From Spirochaetia bacterium (lineage in GTDB: Bacteria; Spirochaetota; Spirochaetia; CAKZLE01): 64,000 nucleotides of DNA. How positions within the stretch are numbered: the first letter of the stretch is position 1; each line of letters starts with the position of its first letter. Under the pieces are notes generated by a model. That model did no database searches, was not told where the DNA came from, and saw only the letters and a program-made list of their open reading frames with translations. Below are positions 31,478 to 41,341 of the stretch, in pieces. A program made the position numbers and the translations under genes. The DNA lies in contig OY782041.1 of assembly GCA_963677595.1 (NCBI GenBank), forward strand, positions 512,001-576,000. Reading direction: 5' to 3'.

Positions 31478-33603
31478 ATACCCTCCGCTACAATGTCACA
31501 GTCACATCCATCGTGGTACGGTGCATGTGATCGATTGGTATGGGGAATAAGCACACTCTGTGCCCCCTCGGGCTTGAATTCTTCCCCTTTATAGATGAAT
31601 GATTCTTCTATCCCGATCACCTTCCCATTCAACGCACTGCAGAACGGGCAATTATCCCCATGGGCTACCGATCGAATCTTGGTGATCCCGGCGATCCCGT
31701 ATGCTCCCTTGGCCAGATAATTCCTGAGCCTCGTCACTTCCCGCTGCTCTATTTTCTGCGCGTTCGTCTCCTCCCAGCTATCCATCCGCCTGTTGATATC
31801 CTCTATAAAATCTTCGGTAGCCTCCTCGATGAGCTTCACCAGTTGTCCCTTTGATGAGGAGGTGTACCGAAGCGCAAATGCACTGACATATTTTGTGAGT
31901 AACTCACTGTAGGTATCAGGAATTTCAGCGGCAAGACCAACTTCCGCGGCATACACCCCATAAAGCTCCTCACCCATCTTCCTAAAAACCGGGGTAAAGA
32001 GCTCTTGTACGGTGGTCGTGAAGGAAGGATAGGTATCCTTCAGCCAGGTGATCATCTCGCCAGCTGTTTTTCCCTCAATCGCCTCGCGAATCTCGGCAAG
32101 TTCCTGATTCACCATCTGCTGCGCAGTATCTCTGACCTGCCCCCGGTACCGATCTGCGATAAACCGCCGGTCGGCAAGCGAACGATACTCGATCGATCGT
32201 CTCTCCACTCCTGAGAGACTGCCCCTGTTTGCCGCAGAAGGCCTTTGGTCTCCGGCAGAGCCCATGACGGCCAGGGCCTGTTCATCACTCAGTCCGAAGA
32301 GGATGTTCAACTGGGAGATGCCGGCATCTTTCGGGATGACTCCGGTATTCACTTTTTCCACAATGGCCGTGATTGCCGTGGTATTCGCCGTGGTTGACTG
32401 CTGCTCGGTCGGCAGCAGGTTCCGCTTATCACCCATATTCAGGGGGGCTAAGAAGATCTTCCCCATTCCGTCAGGCTGGGGATTCATATCTTCCAAGGCC
32501 CTGATCTCATCCGCATTCATCCACCCATTCTCGATCGCGATCTTGTAGGCTTCATACCGGCTCTTGATATCTCCTCGAAGTAGCCCCTCAAGGGAAAACT
32601 TAATATATTCATCATCTCGGAGCAGTTTCATGGTGAGTTCCTGCTCTAACCGGATCACCCGCGGCCGCCATGTGTAGGCCACCGCTTCAATGGACTGCTG
32701 CTCAATATTGCTGAAGGTTGCCTTCTCGAGATCCCCGATCATATGCGGCTTCATCCCAAACCAGCGGGCAATCTCACTGTTCTGGAACTTCCTGGTCTCG
32801 AGAAACTGTGCATCCTCATTCGTAAGCCCGATCTTTTGGTATTCCAGACCATCTTCCAGGATAATGAGGCCGTGTGATTTCTCGAGCCCCTTGTACTTCT
32901 GATTCATCTCTTCGCGCAGCCGGTTAAATGCCTGATCACTCAAGCCTTTCGGGTGCCGCAAGAAACCGCCCATGTTGGTGCCCTGGCCGAAGAACCGCGA
33001 TCCATACTGCTGCGCTGATAATCCAAGCCCAATAGACTCCCTGGCCAACTGGATCACCGAATAGCTATCAATCCCGTTTGACCCCAGGCCCCGAAAGTGC
33101 AGAATCTTGCTTGCAGGAAACTTGTGTCCGGTCGGTAGGTACTCATAGATGAGCTGCTGCTTACTTCCCCGTGTAATCCGCATATGATCCGGGTGAATCG
33201 GCCAGAGTTCTACCGGGTCCCCATAGCCATTACGGACAATCTCAGCAAATGCCTTTCCCCGCAATTCAAGATGTCCCTGGATGACTTCCCGGAACACATT
33301 CGCGGGCATCTCAGGATTAGCTTGTCGAGTTAACAGCTTGGTCACAGGGTGGCTCGCCACCTCTTCACGTCCTGCAGTAGTACGCCTGAAGATATGCGCC
33401 GGGATCGTAGAGATCGTTTCGGTCGATAAACGGACACAGGCAAAGACCGCAGAGAGATTGAGCGCACTATGATTGGTCACCGTGATGCCAGAGGCAGTTT
33501 TTGGCGCAAAGATATCTTCCCAGCCGGAGGCGTCCTGCAAATTGATCACAGTTCCACCTAAGGAACGAGCGGCAAACTGCAGCATTCTAGATCGTAGACT
33601 CAT
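31474..33603 (-). CDS. HK97-family portal fused to a MuF-like minor head domain
   Basis: Portal motifs DAQFLETRKF, FSNIEQQ and LLRGD; the extension ends CPFC..LNG...PYHDGCDCDI. Confidence 0.85.
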   Translation of the reverse strand: MSLRSRMLQFAARSLGGTVINLQDASGWEDIFAPKTASGITVTNHSALNLSAVFACVRLSTETISTIPAHIFRRTTAGREEVASHPVTKLLTRQANPEMPANVFREVIQGHLELRGKAFAEIVRNGYGDPVELWPIHPDHMRITRGSKQQLIYEYLPTGHKFPASKILHFRGLGSNGIDSYSVIQLARESIGLGLSAQQYGSRFFGQGTNMGGFLRHPKGLSDQAFNRLREEMNQKYKGLEKSHGLIILEDGLEYQKIGLTNEDAQFLETRKFQNSEIARWFGMKPHMIGDLEKATFSNIEQQSIEAVAYTWRPRVIRLEQELTMKLLRDDEYIKFSLEGLLRGDIKSRYEAYKIAIENGWMNADEIRALEDMNPQPDGMGKIFLAPLNMGDKRNLLPTEQQSTTANTTAITAIVEKVNTGVIPKDAGISQLNILFGLSDEQALAVMGSAGDQRPSAANRGSLSGVERRSIEYRSLADRRFIADRYRGQVRDTAQQMVNQELAEIREAIEGKTAGEMITWLKDTYPSFTTTVQELFTPVFRKMGEELYGVYAAEVGLAAEIPDTYSELLTKYVSAFALRYTSSSKGQLVKLIEEATEDFIEDINRRMDSWEETNAQKIEQREVTRLRNYLAKGAYGIAGITKIRSVAHGDNCPFCSALNGKVIGIEESFIYKGEEFKPEGAQSVLIPHTNRSHAPYHDGCDCDIVAEGI

Positions 33604-35297
33604 ACGGCTCGCACTCCTCGTTTGTCATACACACTTCCGTTGATATTCCCATGGACCGCCCGATCGAGAGACATAATTGAGGTGACCGTCCCGTCAATCC
33701 GTTTCCCGGTCTTCTTCCGTTCCGGTTTTACTGGCTTGATGTTATCTGATGGGTCTGATTTCACCTCGGTACAGCTGATCATCCAAGCTGTCACCGGATT
33801 ATTCCCGTGATTGATCTCCCTCGCCAGGACCTTCTTCTCAAAATCTTTCGAGGGAGCGCTCATCGAGGCATACCCCTGGCGAAATTGCACCATTTCCATC
33901 CCCTCATCCATGAGATTCTGGACGATCTCGTTGGAGTTCCAGGGGTCATATGCAATCTCTTCAATCATGAAGGTATCGGCATCCTTGCGAATCTGGGCTT
34001 TAATGAAGGCATAATCAATCACATTTCCAGGAGTCGCAAAGACAAATCCGCGATCCCGCCACAGCAGATACGGCACTTTATCCCGTCGCTGGCGATCTAG
34101 GAGATTCTCTTCCGGGATGAAGTAGCGATACAGGAAGATATACCGGGGATCAAGGTCTGTAGGGGGGAAACAGAGCGTCCATGATGTGATATCGGTACTG
34201 GTTGAGAGGTCCATGGCCCCATAACAGGTACGGCCGGCAAGATCAGCTTCATGCACCTTGCCCCCACATGCGGCCCAGGCTTCATCGCCAATCCAGGCAG
34301 TCACAGCCTGCGTCCATATATTCAGATTCTTGGTTTTCACCGAGTTCTGTTTCTGCGGGGTGGCCAAAGCTTTCCGAACCTGGGATCTGATGTATTCCTC
34401 GTAGACTGACACACCCAGGTTCGGATTCGCTTTGATCCATACGGTTTCATCTGTCCAATCATCGCCCTCATCCAGAGTAAAGATAATCCCAAAGACATCC
34501 TCCGGGACCGGGTCCAAGGTCCCGGAGAGGATCCCGACAACCAGGGTGCGTTCTTCCTGGTAGCAGGGGCAGTTTTTATCATAGCCGGCTGTGGTAATGA
34601 TGTAGATAATCGGCTGTTCACGTGCCCCCATACCATCTTCCATGACATTCAGGAGCTCTGCAGTCTTATGCGCATGGTACTCATCGATGAGGGCAAAGTG
34701 CGGGTTCTGTCCATCTTCAGTATCGGAGTCCTTACCAAGCGGACGCATGAGCGCATTACTCCCCGGAAGGGTCACCGTCGAGTTCTGTTTGTAGACCTTG
34801 CACTTATTCCGCAGGAATGAATGCTTCCTGATCTGCATCTCAGCTTCCCGCCAGCCGATCTTGGCCTGGTCCTTCTTGGTTGCTACCATATAGACCTCAG
34901 GCCCCTCTTCGCCGTCCATGAGCAGGCAGTAATTCGCCGATGTTGCTCCGAAGGTGGTCTTCCCGTTCTTCCGGGAGACCTCGATGTAGGCTTTGGTGAA
35001 TCGTCGGGTGTGGGTATCTGAGCGTTTCCACCCGAACACACACCAGTCAATAAACTGCTGCCAGGGCTCGAGCGTGATATTCAATCGCTCTTTGGCCCAT
35101 TTACCCTTCGTGTGTTTCAGATCCTGGGAGAAATTAATCTTCCGCTCAGCTGCCTTCTCATCGAAATAGTAGGGGAATCCTTTGGTATTCTGGCGCCTGA
35201 GATCCCGAACATGGCGCTGGACCGCCTGTTTTACAAACACACAAACCGTAATGCGGCCATGTAGCACATCCTCGATGTATTCTTTGGCTCTAACCAT
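33600..35297 (-). CDS. terL: Terminase large subunit
   Basis: SRKNGKT Walker A, LIDEYH, ITTAG, YDPWN and KRIDG; start ATG at 35297. Confidence 0.95.
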   Translation of the reverse strand: MVRAKEYIEDVLHGRITVCVFVKQAVQRHVRDLRRQNTKGFPYYFDEKAAERKINFSQDLKHTKGKWAKERLNITLEPWQQFIDWCVFGWKRSDTHTRRFTKAYIEVSRKNGKTTFGATSANYCLLMDGEEGPEVYMVATKKDQAKIGWREAEMQIRKHSFLRNKCKVYKQNSTVTLPGSNALMRPLGKDSDTEDGQNPHFALIDEYHAHKTAELLNVMEDGMGAREQPIIYIITTAGYDKNCPCYQEERTLVVGILSGTLDPVPEDVFGIIFTLDEGDDWTDETVWIKANPNLGVSVYEEYIRSQVRKALATPQKQNSVKTKNLNIWTQAVTAWIGDEAWAACGGKVHEADLAGRTCYGAMDLSTSTDITSWTLCFPPTDLDPRYIFLYRYFIPEENLLDRQRRDKVPYLLWRDRGFVFATPGNVIDYAFIKAQIRKDADTFMIEEIAYDPWNSNEIVQNLMDEGMEMVQFRQGYASMSAPSKDFEKKVLAREINHGNNPVTAWMISCTEVKSDPSDNIKPVKPERKKTGKRIDGTVTSIMSLDRAVHGNINGSVYDKRGVRAV

Positions 35298-35862
35298 GGG
35301 ATTCCTCCCACATGAGCTCCATCTCGCTCTTCTCTTCAGGCTTCTTCCCGGAGATATCGATCCGGTTACGCGCCACCGGGGTGAGGCCAAGCTGAATCGC
35401 ATACTTGAGGAATTGCTCTTTCCCTTTATGCATAGTCGTGAGCTCAAACCCGGTTTGGGAGTTCCTGGTCTTCAGGTACTCGGCAAGCTTCTGTGCATGG
35501 ACTTTCATCTTGAATGATGAGGACCCGCACTGGGGGCAGTAACCATCGTCCACGATTTCCCCGCATTCGGTACAAGTCCGGTATACGGGTTTATAGATAG
35601 CATCCCTGGCTTCACGGAACATGTTGTAGGATTCGCAGCAGATCTCAAGTGACTGCCAGTCAACCTCACTCATGATCCCGCTGGATACCAGCTCTTCGGC
35701 CAACTCATCCCATAGCCGTTTCCCATATTTCCCGATATGGCTGGGGGCATTCCGTACGCCGCTGCTCATCGTCGGTTCGGGTTCCTCACCCACTTCGCGG
35801 TCGGGCCGAAAGGTTCCTTGATGGAGTTTTATGATCTTCGGTTTTCGTGGTCTTCCGCTCAT
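35290..35862 (-). CDS. terS: Terminase small subunit (P27-like) with a zinc-ribbon insertion
   Basis: GRPRKP..K...GT.R.DR start and LGLTPVARNRI end. Confidence 0.85.
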   Translation of the reverse strand: MSGRPRKPKIIKLHQGTFRPDREVGEEPEPTMSSGVRNAPSHIGKYGKRLWDELAEELVSSGIMSEVDWQSLEICCESYNMFREARDAIYKPVYRTCTECGEIVDDGYCPQCGSSSFKMKVHAQKLAEYLKTRNSQTGFELTTMHKGKEQFLKYAIQLGLTPVARNRIDISGKKPEEKSEMELMWEESHG

Positions 35863-35869
35863 AACCCCT

Positions 35870-35955
35870 TATCTCCATTTTGACCATGCACACACGGAGC
35901 TACTCCCGCGGTAGGATCGCGATAGATTGTAGAGATTCATCTACCCCCTCCCCCT
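35870..35955 (-). other. Probable cos region
   Basis: GGGGAGGGGG...ACCGCGGGAG tract between the HNH gene and terS, the usual cos position in HK97-like phages. Confidence 0.4.
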
Positions 35956-36312
35956 GCTTGAAGCAAACCGTCCTTGGTGATCCCGAATCACATCTTCGGT
36001 GGCAGTCTTGCGGTTATGGTCAGAGATTCTCTTCGGTACGAGATCATACTTTCGGTGGTCAGGTTCTATCTGAGGATTGTAGGGAGGATTATGATCGACC
36101 GCATAACACGGCCATAGGTCGGTGGGGATTCCTGCTGCAGATAAAACTTCTTCTCGAATCTTCTTCCATCGATGGTCATAACCACGCTGATAGGAAGAGG
36201 ATCGCTGCTTGATTTTGTCTGCAGATCGTTTACATGAAGGGCAATGAGATCCAGTACCTGAAAATGTTCTGCGGCATCTGATACAGATGACTTTATCGTT
36301 CCGCTGTGCCAT
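35941..36312 (-). CDS. Packaging-associated HNH endonuclease (gp74-like)
   Basis: RGYDHRWKKIR, VDH and HNRKTA motifs directly upstream of terS. Confidence 0.8.
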   Translation of the reverse strand: MAQRNDKVICIRCRRTFSGTGSHCPSCKRSADKIKQRSSSYQRGYDHRWKKIREEVLSAAGIPTDLWPCYAVDHNPPYNPQIEPDHRKYDLVPKRISDHNRKTATEDVIRDHQGRFASSRGRG

Positions 36313-36830
36313 GATTTTAGTGTGATACTGGTAGAGACTTGTATGGAAGGACTAACGGCCCAATCTTGGGCCGAATAAAAAAGAATACTCTATATTACTG
36401 ATTTTCCTCTCTGTTTTAAACATATCACTCCTGAGTTTGATTTTTTGCAACTTGTTATTATACATGCAATTATGAGTCTTTCAAACAATAAACATTTGAC
36501 AGCAGTAAGGGAAGAATACTATAATTTATTTGTTCATATTAAAAAGTATATATCACCAAAAAACTCGTATACTCTTATCCTTCAATTTATTTTAAGATTT
36601 AAAGATATTATTCTTACATCCTGAAAATACTCTTTATTCCCATGTAATTACCTTATTTAGTACTGTATTTTCTGTATTGTAAATTATTACTATAAAAATA
36701 AGAGCATTTACACTTTTATAAAACATTATTTCCTATTATTAAGAGTTTTTACACTTGCATTACTAGTTTTTATGGTTTAATATTTTATGTAATAAGTGCT
36801 ATCGATAGTAAAAAAATTCAGGAGTATGAA

Positions 36831-37040
36831 ATGAAAAAACGATCACTGAAAGGCGTCGTAGCTTTAGCCGCAATTCTTGTTTCTGGTTTTGTGATTCCAA
36901 ATCTGGGATTGATGGTACCTGCAGCAGGGGTTGGGATTGCTGTTGGTTCTGCATATTTTGGAGCATGCGCTGTTGCTTGTGGAGCAACAGGTCCTGCTGG
37001 TTGGGGAATCTTTGGTCTGATAACAGCTTGGTCTCTCTAA
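36831..37040 (+). CDS. Hydrophobic Gly/Ala-rich peptide, putative circular-bacteriocin-like precursor
   Basis: AGGAG RBS; 69 aa; first gene of a DUF95/ABC operon; followed by a strong hairpin. Confidence 0.65.
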   Translation: MKKRSLKGVVALAAILVSGFVIPNLGLMVPAAGVGIAVGSAYFGACAVACGATGPAGWGIFGLITAWSL

Positions 37041-37054
37041 AAATTTAACATGAT

Positions 37055-37084
37055 CTACAGTAAAGGCCTTAGCCTTTACTGTAG
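37055..37084 (+). terminator. Stem-loop after the precursor gene
   Basis: CTACAGTAAAGGC-CTTA-GCCTTTACTGTAG, a perfect 13-bp stem. Confidence 0.7.
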
Positions 37085-37091
37085 TAATATT

Positions 37092-37595
37092 ATGAAAAAA
37101 AAGAAATTTCCAATTTTAGCATCCCTCATGATCTGGGGGCTAATAATAATTACCTCATATTACTTTTCTTTGTCTAAAGAAATAGAAATAGATAAACTTT
37201 TAGAAATGTCTCCATTAAATATATGGATTAAGAACCTTTTTGTTTTAGGTTTATATATTTCAGGCATATTTACATATGGTATATCAACAATAATATTAAT
37301 AGTATCAAATGCTACTTATATAGGATATATAGTAATTCCATATGTAAAACACTATTCTCAAATTCACCCATTAATATGGATTTTTGTGGTCCTTGAACTA
37401 TTTTCATATATACTTGCATCTTCAATAGGTCTTCCAAATTTCCTGCGTTTATTTAACGTGAAGATGAGAAAAAATTATAAAGTAGATTTAGCATTAACTA
37501 TTCTATGTAGCTTATTACTACTATTAGCAGCATTTCTAGAAAATCATGATATTAATTATATTAATTCTCAACTGGAGCTTCTATGCAATATTTAA
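37092..37595 (+). CDS. SpoIIM/DUF95-family membrane protein
   Basis: I..KNL, N...IG, LEL.SYILA...G and LLAAFLE signatures. Confidence 0.7.
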   Translation: MKKKKFPILASLMIWGLIIITSYYFSLSKEIEIDKLLEMSPLNIWIKNLFVLGLYISGIFTYGISTIILIVSNATYIGYIVIPYVKHYSQIHPLIWIFVVLELFSYILASSIGLPNFLRLFNVKMRKNYKVDLALTILCSLLLLLAAFLENHDINYINSQLELLCNI

Positions 37596-38140
37596 AATTC
37601 ATACTAATTCTTATTTGCGCCTTTGTTCAAACAAAAGTACAAATAGTTAATTTTTCATTTATAGATCTTTCAGATGGGGCAATACCATCAATAGTTAATT
37701 CAAACATCTATTTAGCTTTCATGACATTAATACAATTCTTTATTTATATCGTCTTAGCTAAAATATATACAAAAGCATATTTTTACTTTTTTTTATATGA
37801 TTCTGAAATAAAAGACTCAGAGCAAATTCTCTATAATTCAATTTGCAGGTCTTATATTGTATTTTTAATCTCAGGTATATTATTTCTTTTTTTTGCAAGA
37901 ATCCAACCAGGTTCTTATGAATTATATATTTTTGGCACACACAAAGATGGAAATTCTATAAATAGCTTTGTTATGTTGGCATTAGCCTTTATTCAAGCTA
38001 TAATAGTTTTTTTTCAATTTTATATACAAGTTCTTAAGCAAGAGGAAAATATCAATAAATTTCTTAGATTATTAACTCTTTGTATAATATTACTAATCGT
38101 ACATTTACCTGGAGTGATCCACTTTGGAGGAACTTTTTGA
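37583..38140 (+). CDS. Multi-pass membrane protein (possibly Yip1-like)
   Basis: About five hydrophobic segments within the operon. Confidence 0.55.
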   Translation: MQYLKFILILICAFVQTKVQIVNFSFIDLSDGAIPSIVNSNIYLAFMTLIQFFIYIVLAKIYTKAYFYFFLYDSEIKDSEQILYNSICRSYIVFLISGILFLFFARIQPGSYELYIFGTHKDGNSINSFVMLALAFIQAIIVFFQFYIQVLKQEENINKFLRLLTLCIILLIVHLPGVIHFGGTF

Positions 38141-38862
38141 TTCAAATTAAAAATATATCAAAGCAAATATCCAATAACTTAATTCTTAATAATATTAGTT
38201 TAGATTGCCCAGAAAACAGTATTTATGCACTCATTGGGCCTAATGGAGTTGGAAAAACAACATTAATAAGATGCATTCTAGGAATTTATTCAATTCAAAC
38301 GGGTAAAATATTCATAGATAAAGTGCCAGTTATTTATAATAATTTTTCAACACCATCACATGTTGGTGTTTTTACAGACGATGCAAAAATGTATCCGAAT
38401 CTTTCCGTTAAAGATAATTTAAACTATTATTATTCTTTTTATGAAAAAAAAATATTTAGCAATAATATTTTGTTAATTATTGAAGAACTTGGATTAATGA
38501 AATATTTAGATACTAAATATTATGCCCTATCAACCGGGAATAAAAGGAAGTGTGGTATAGTTAGATCCCTTTTAAATAACCCTAAAATTATTATTTGGGA
38601 TGAACCTTTCGCCTCTCTAGACCCAGAAAGCATCTTTGAATTAAAAACTCTTATTAAACATCTTAAAAGTTTGAAGAAAACAATTTTTATTACATCAAAC
38701 GATCTTAATCGTCTTGAATTGATTTATGATAAAGTAGGTTTTTTCTATACAAATGAACTTTTAGCAGAATACCAAGCAAATTCCTTAAAAACCATGTATA
38801 AGGGCTCTTCACTAGAAGAAATATATTTCAAACTAAAAAAAGAGATTGTTACATATGATTGA
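38137..38862 (+). CDS. ABC transporter ATP-binding protein
   Basis: GPNGVGKT, LSTGNKRK and WDEP; TTG start after GGAGG. Confidence 0.9.
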   Translation: MIQIKNISKQISNNLILNNISLDCPENSIYALIGPNGVGKTTLIRCILGIYSIQTGKIFIDKVPVIYNNFSTPSHVGVFTDDAKMYPNLSVKDNLNYYYSFYEKKIFSNNILLIIEELGLMKYLDTKYYALSTGNKRKCGIVRSLLNNPKIIIWDEPFASLDPESIFELKTLIKHLKSLKKTIFITSNDLNRLELIYDKVGFFYTNELLAEYQANSLKTMYKGSSLEEIYFKLKKEIVTYD

Positions 38863-39613
38863 AAATAAAATATTCCTTTTTGACTTAAAAAATATTTTAA
38901 GAGATAAAAAAACAATGATCACCGTTTTTATTAACTTACTAATCCAATTATTATTATGCTTTTCATTAGTCATAATCAAACTTACAAGCAAAGAAAGCAT
39001 TTTAGAGCCCCTTGCTATTTATATAACTGAAAATTATTCTCCTTTCTTTTTTCTTATTAACTATATTTATCCTGTCTACATATTTGTCTTATTATCTGTA
39101 ATCCCCTTTGTAATCGGATTATCACTTGTAAGTTCAGAGAAAGAAATGGGAACCTTAGAATCTTTACTATATTTACCAATTAAAAGAAGAAGTATTTTTT
39201 ATACAAAAATCATATGTCTTTTTATTGTATCTTATTGCTTATCTCTTATTTGTGTTCTAACCCAACTAATAATATTTGTAATATTTTCAGGTCCACAAAC
39301 ATTAGATCTATTGTTTTGGATTAAGTACTTACTAATATATTTACCATTCTGGATAGCCTTTATTTCTTCAATTATTACCATTATTTCCACAATTTCTAAA
39401 ACCACCAAAGAAGCTAATCAGTTTTCATTAGGTTTTTGTTTTGCTCTACTAATTTTAGTTCAAGGTAGCACCATTTTTAAAATCAATATATTTTCACATT
39501 ATTTTTTTCTGATTATTTTAGTTTTATCTGTTATACCAATTATAATGACTCTTATATGGATTGCTAGAAATTTACAAATTGAAAAAATACTTTTTAGGAT
39601 TTCAAAGTACTGA
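38855..39613 (+). CDS. ABC-2 type permease
   Basis: EKEMGTLESLLYLPI.R..I...K motif. Confidence 0.85.
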   Translation: MIENKIFLFDLKNILRDKKTMITVFINLLIQLLLCFSLVIIKLTSKESILEPLAIYITENYSPFFFLINYIYPVYIFVLLSVIPFVIGLSLVSSEKEMGTLESLLYLPIKRRSIFYTKIICLFIVSYCLSLICVLTQLIIFVIFSGPQTLDLLFWIKYLLIYLPFWIAFISSIITIISTISKTTKEANQFSLGFCFALLILVQGSTIFKINIFSHYFFLIILVLSVIPIIMTLIWIARNLQIEKILFRISKY

Positions 39614-39793
39614 TGATAATTCATCATCAATTGTGCAAAAATCAGATCCTCTAAAATAGAATTTACCACTTTTTAAAAGTCGTTTAATATGGCTCGTAGA
39701 AGTATTCAAAGCTTGAGCACAATCCTTTATTGATTCAAAATTCTCAGTTTTATTGGATATATTCCAAAAGACAATCACTGGTCTCCGTCGCAT
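39602..39793 (-). CDS. Small NUMOD1-like DNA-binding protein
   Basis: FESIKDCAQALN.S.S.I motif; GGAGG RBS. Confidence 0.55.
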   Translation of the reverse strand: MRRRPVIVFWNISNKTENFESIKDCAQALNTSTSHIKRLLKSGKFYFRGSDFCTIDDELSSVL

Positions 39794-39802
39794 ACGTTCC
39801 TC

Positions 39803-40612
39803 CTAAAACAACTCCTGCTGTCCCATATCAAGATCATAATTTGCTGTCAGCACTTCTATCTTGGTAGTCTTCCGATTCTTCGATTTCGAGTTCACACTCA
39901 TCTTCATTTCTAGTTCTCTTTGCTCCCATCCATGCTCTTTCGTGAATTCTTTCAAGATGTCACTGGGGTATGAACTCAGGAGGAACCGACCCTCAATCTT
40001 TGAAAGGTGCTCCAATAGTTGACGATAATCTTCTTCAGAATATCCATCGTAATGACCGCAGTCAGATCCGATGTAGGGCGGATCACAATAGAAGAAAGCA
40101 TCTGGAGCATCATAACTTCTGATAATCCTCAGTGCATCAGTACATTCAATATCAACTTTCTGCAGTCGAATAGCATAATCAAGCGTGAAAGAATTCCGCT
40201 TATTCATCACCTTCAATGACGTCTGACCAGTATGGTCATACCCATAGGTCCCGCCAAGCATCGAGCCAAAACTCTGTGCTGCAGTTACCCATACCGCCCA
40301 GGCGCGCTTGATTTTATCAAACATATCCGGGTTGTTATAAATCACATTTGCCTGACGGTGAATACTCCTACTATGGAGACTGATCTGAATCTCTTTTTCC
40401 AATGATACGTAGTCTCTCTGTATGACCTCATAGAAATTGATTAGTTCCGCATTGACATCGTTGATCACTTCATTCTCTGATGGTTTCTTGCTGAAGAAGA
40501 TAGCCCCTCCTCCAAGAAACGGCTCACAGTACGTTCTATGTTCTGGGATCAAGGGTAAAATGGTCGATACTAATTGCTGCTTTCCTCCGTAATACGTCAA
40601 AGGTGTCTTCAT
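39803..40612 (-). CDS. D12-class N6-adenine DNA methyltransferase
   Basis: YYGGK, EPFLGGG, EVIND and YCDPPY. Confidence 0.92.
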   Translation of the reverse strand: MKTPLTYYGGKQQLVSTILPLIPEHRTYCEPFLGGGAIFFSKKPSENEVINDVNAELINFYEVIQRDYVSLEKEIQISLHSRSIHRQANVIYNNPDMFDKIKRAWAVWVTAAQSFGSMLGGTYGYDHTGQTSLKVMNKRNSFTLDYAIRLQKVDIECTDALRIIRSYDAPDAFFYCDPPYIGSDCGHYDGYSEEDYRQLLEHLSKIEGRFLLSSYPSDILKEFTKEHGWEQRELEMKMSVNSKSKNRKTTKIEVLTANYDLDMGQQELF

Positions 40613-40641
40613 ACTTATAGTTCCTCGTTATTGATGAATTA

Positions 40642-40773
40642 GGACGATTGAACAACTGGATATTATCCGGTACCATACCGCTATTCAAAATATAAGCTTG
40701 CTGGATGGTGGTGGGTTATCCTATAGGTGTCACAAGCACCTGTTCGGGAGTTGCTGCTCCTGAACCGCTGTCC
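40642..40773 (-). ncRNA. Structured 5' leader of the methyltransferase
   Basis: Closing GGAC/GTCC plus internal stems GTTC-GGAG/CTCC-GAAC, AGGTG/CACCT, TTGAATAGC/GTTGTTCAA and GGAT/ATCC. Confidence 0.5.
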
Positions 40774-40808
40774 TTTCACAGTTCTCATTCATAAAAATTC
40801 AGTGAAAC

Positions 40809-41012
40809 TCACTTCCTATTCTTGGTCTTAAATGCCTCTTCAAATCCACAGGCAGTGCATACAAATTTCTTGCCGTTGGTAAAAAGCTTTTTCTCACACG
40901 TAGGGCATGGTCTTACTGACATCCAATAGGTCCCAGCATAGAGCCCATTGATCAGCTCTTTCTTTTCCCCTACCTGGAACATCCCTCTGGTGATACCCCC
41001 TATCGGTTCCAT
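40809..41012 (-). CDS. Small zinc-ribbon protein
   Basis: CPTC and CTAC. Confidence 0.55.
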   Translation of the reverse strand: MEPIGGITRGMFQVGEKKELINGLYAGTYWMSVRPCPTCEKKLFTNGKKFVCTACGFEEAFKTKNRK

Positions 41013-41314
41013 TTCACGGCTCCATGCAAATATTCCTCGACGGCCATACAGGACATTCCCAAGACACCTGCAAGCATCATCTCAATACCCATACCCCGAG
41101 AAGTGTGTTTGGTATGCACCACGGCTACCCCATCACATTCCAGCATCGCTTTGAGGTCTTGCTTCATCGCATCTTCCCAGGTTGCAGGATCCTCAACAAT
41201 TTCAACCGGATTGACTACCTCATACCCGGCTTTCCTCATGCGTAACGCAGCTTCCTGGAATTCTTCGCGATACTTGGGATTTTGACTGATCGGCCCCGAC
41301 AAATAGATCTTCAT
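41000..41314 (-). CDS. DUF4406 protein (nucleoside deoxyribosyltransferase-like)
   Basis: KIYLSGPIS, VVNP, W...M..DL..M.ECD and SRG..IE. Confidence 0.85.
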   Translation of the reverse strand: MKIYLSGPISQNPKYREEFQEAALRMRKAGYEVVNPVEIVEDPATWEDAMKQDLKAMLECDGVAVVHTKHTSRGMGIEMMLAGVLGMSCMAVEEYLHGAVKWNR

Positions 41315-41341
41315 ACTGCTGTACTCCTCCTGATGTACTAT

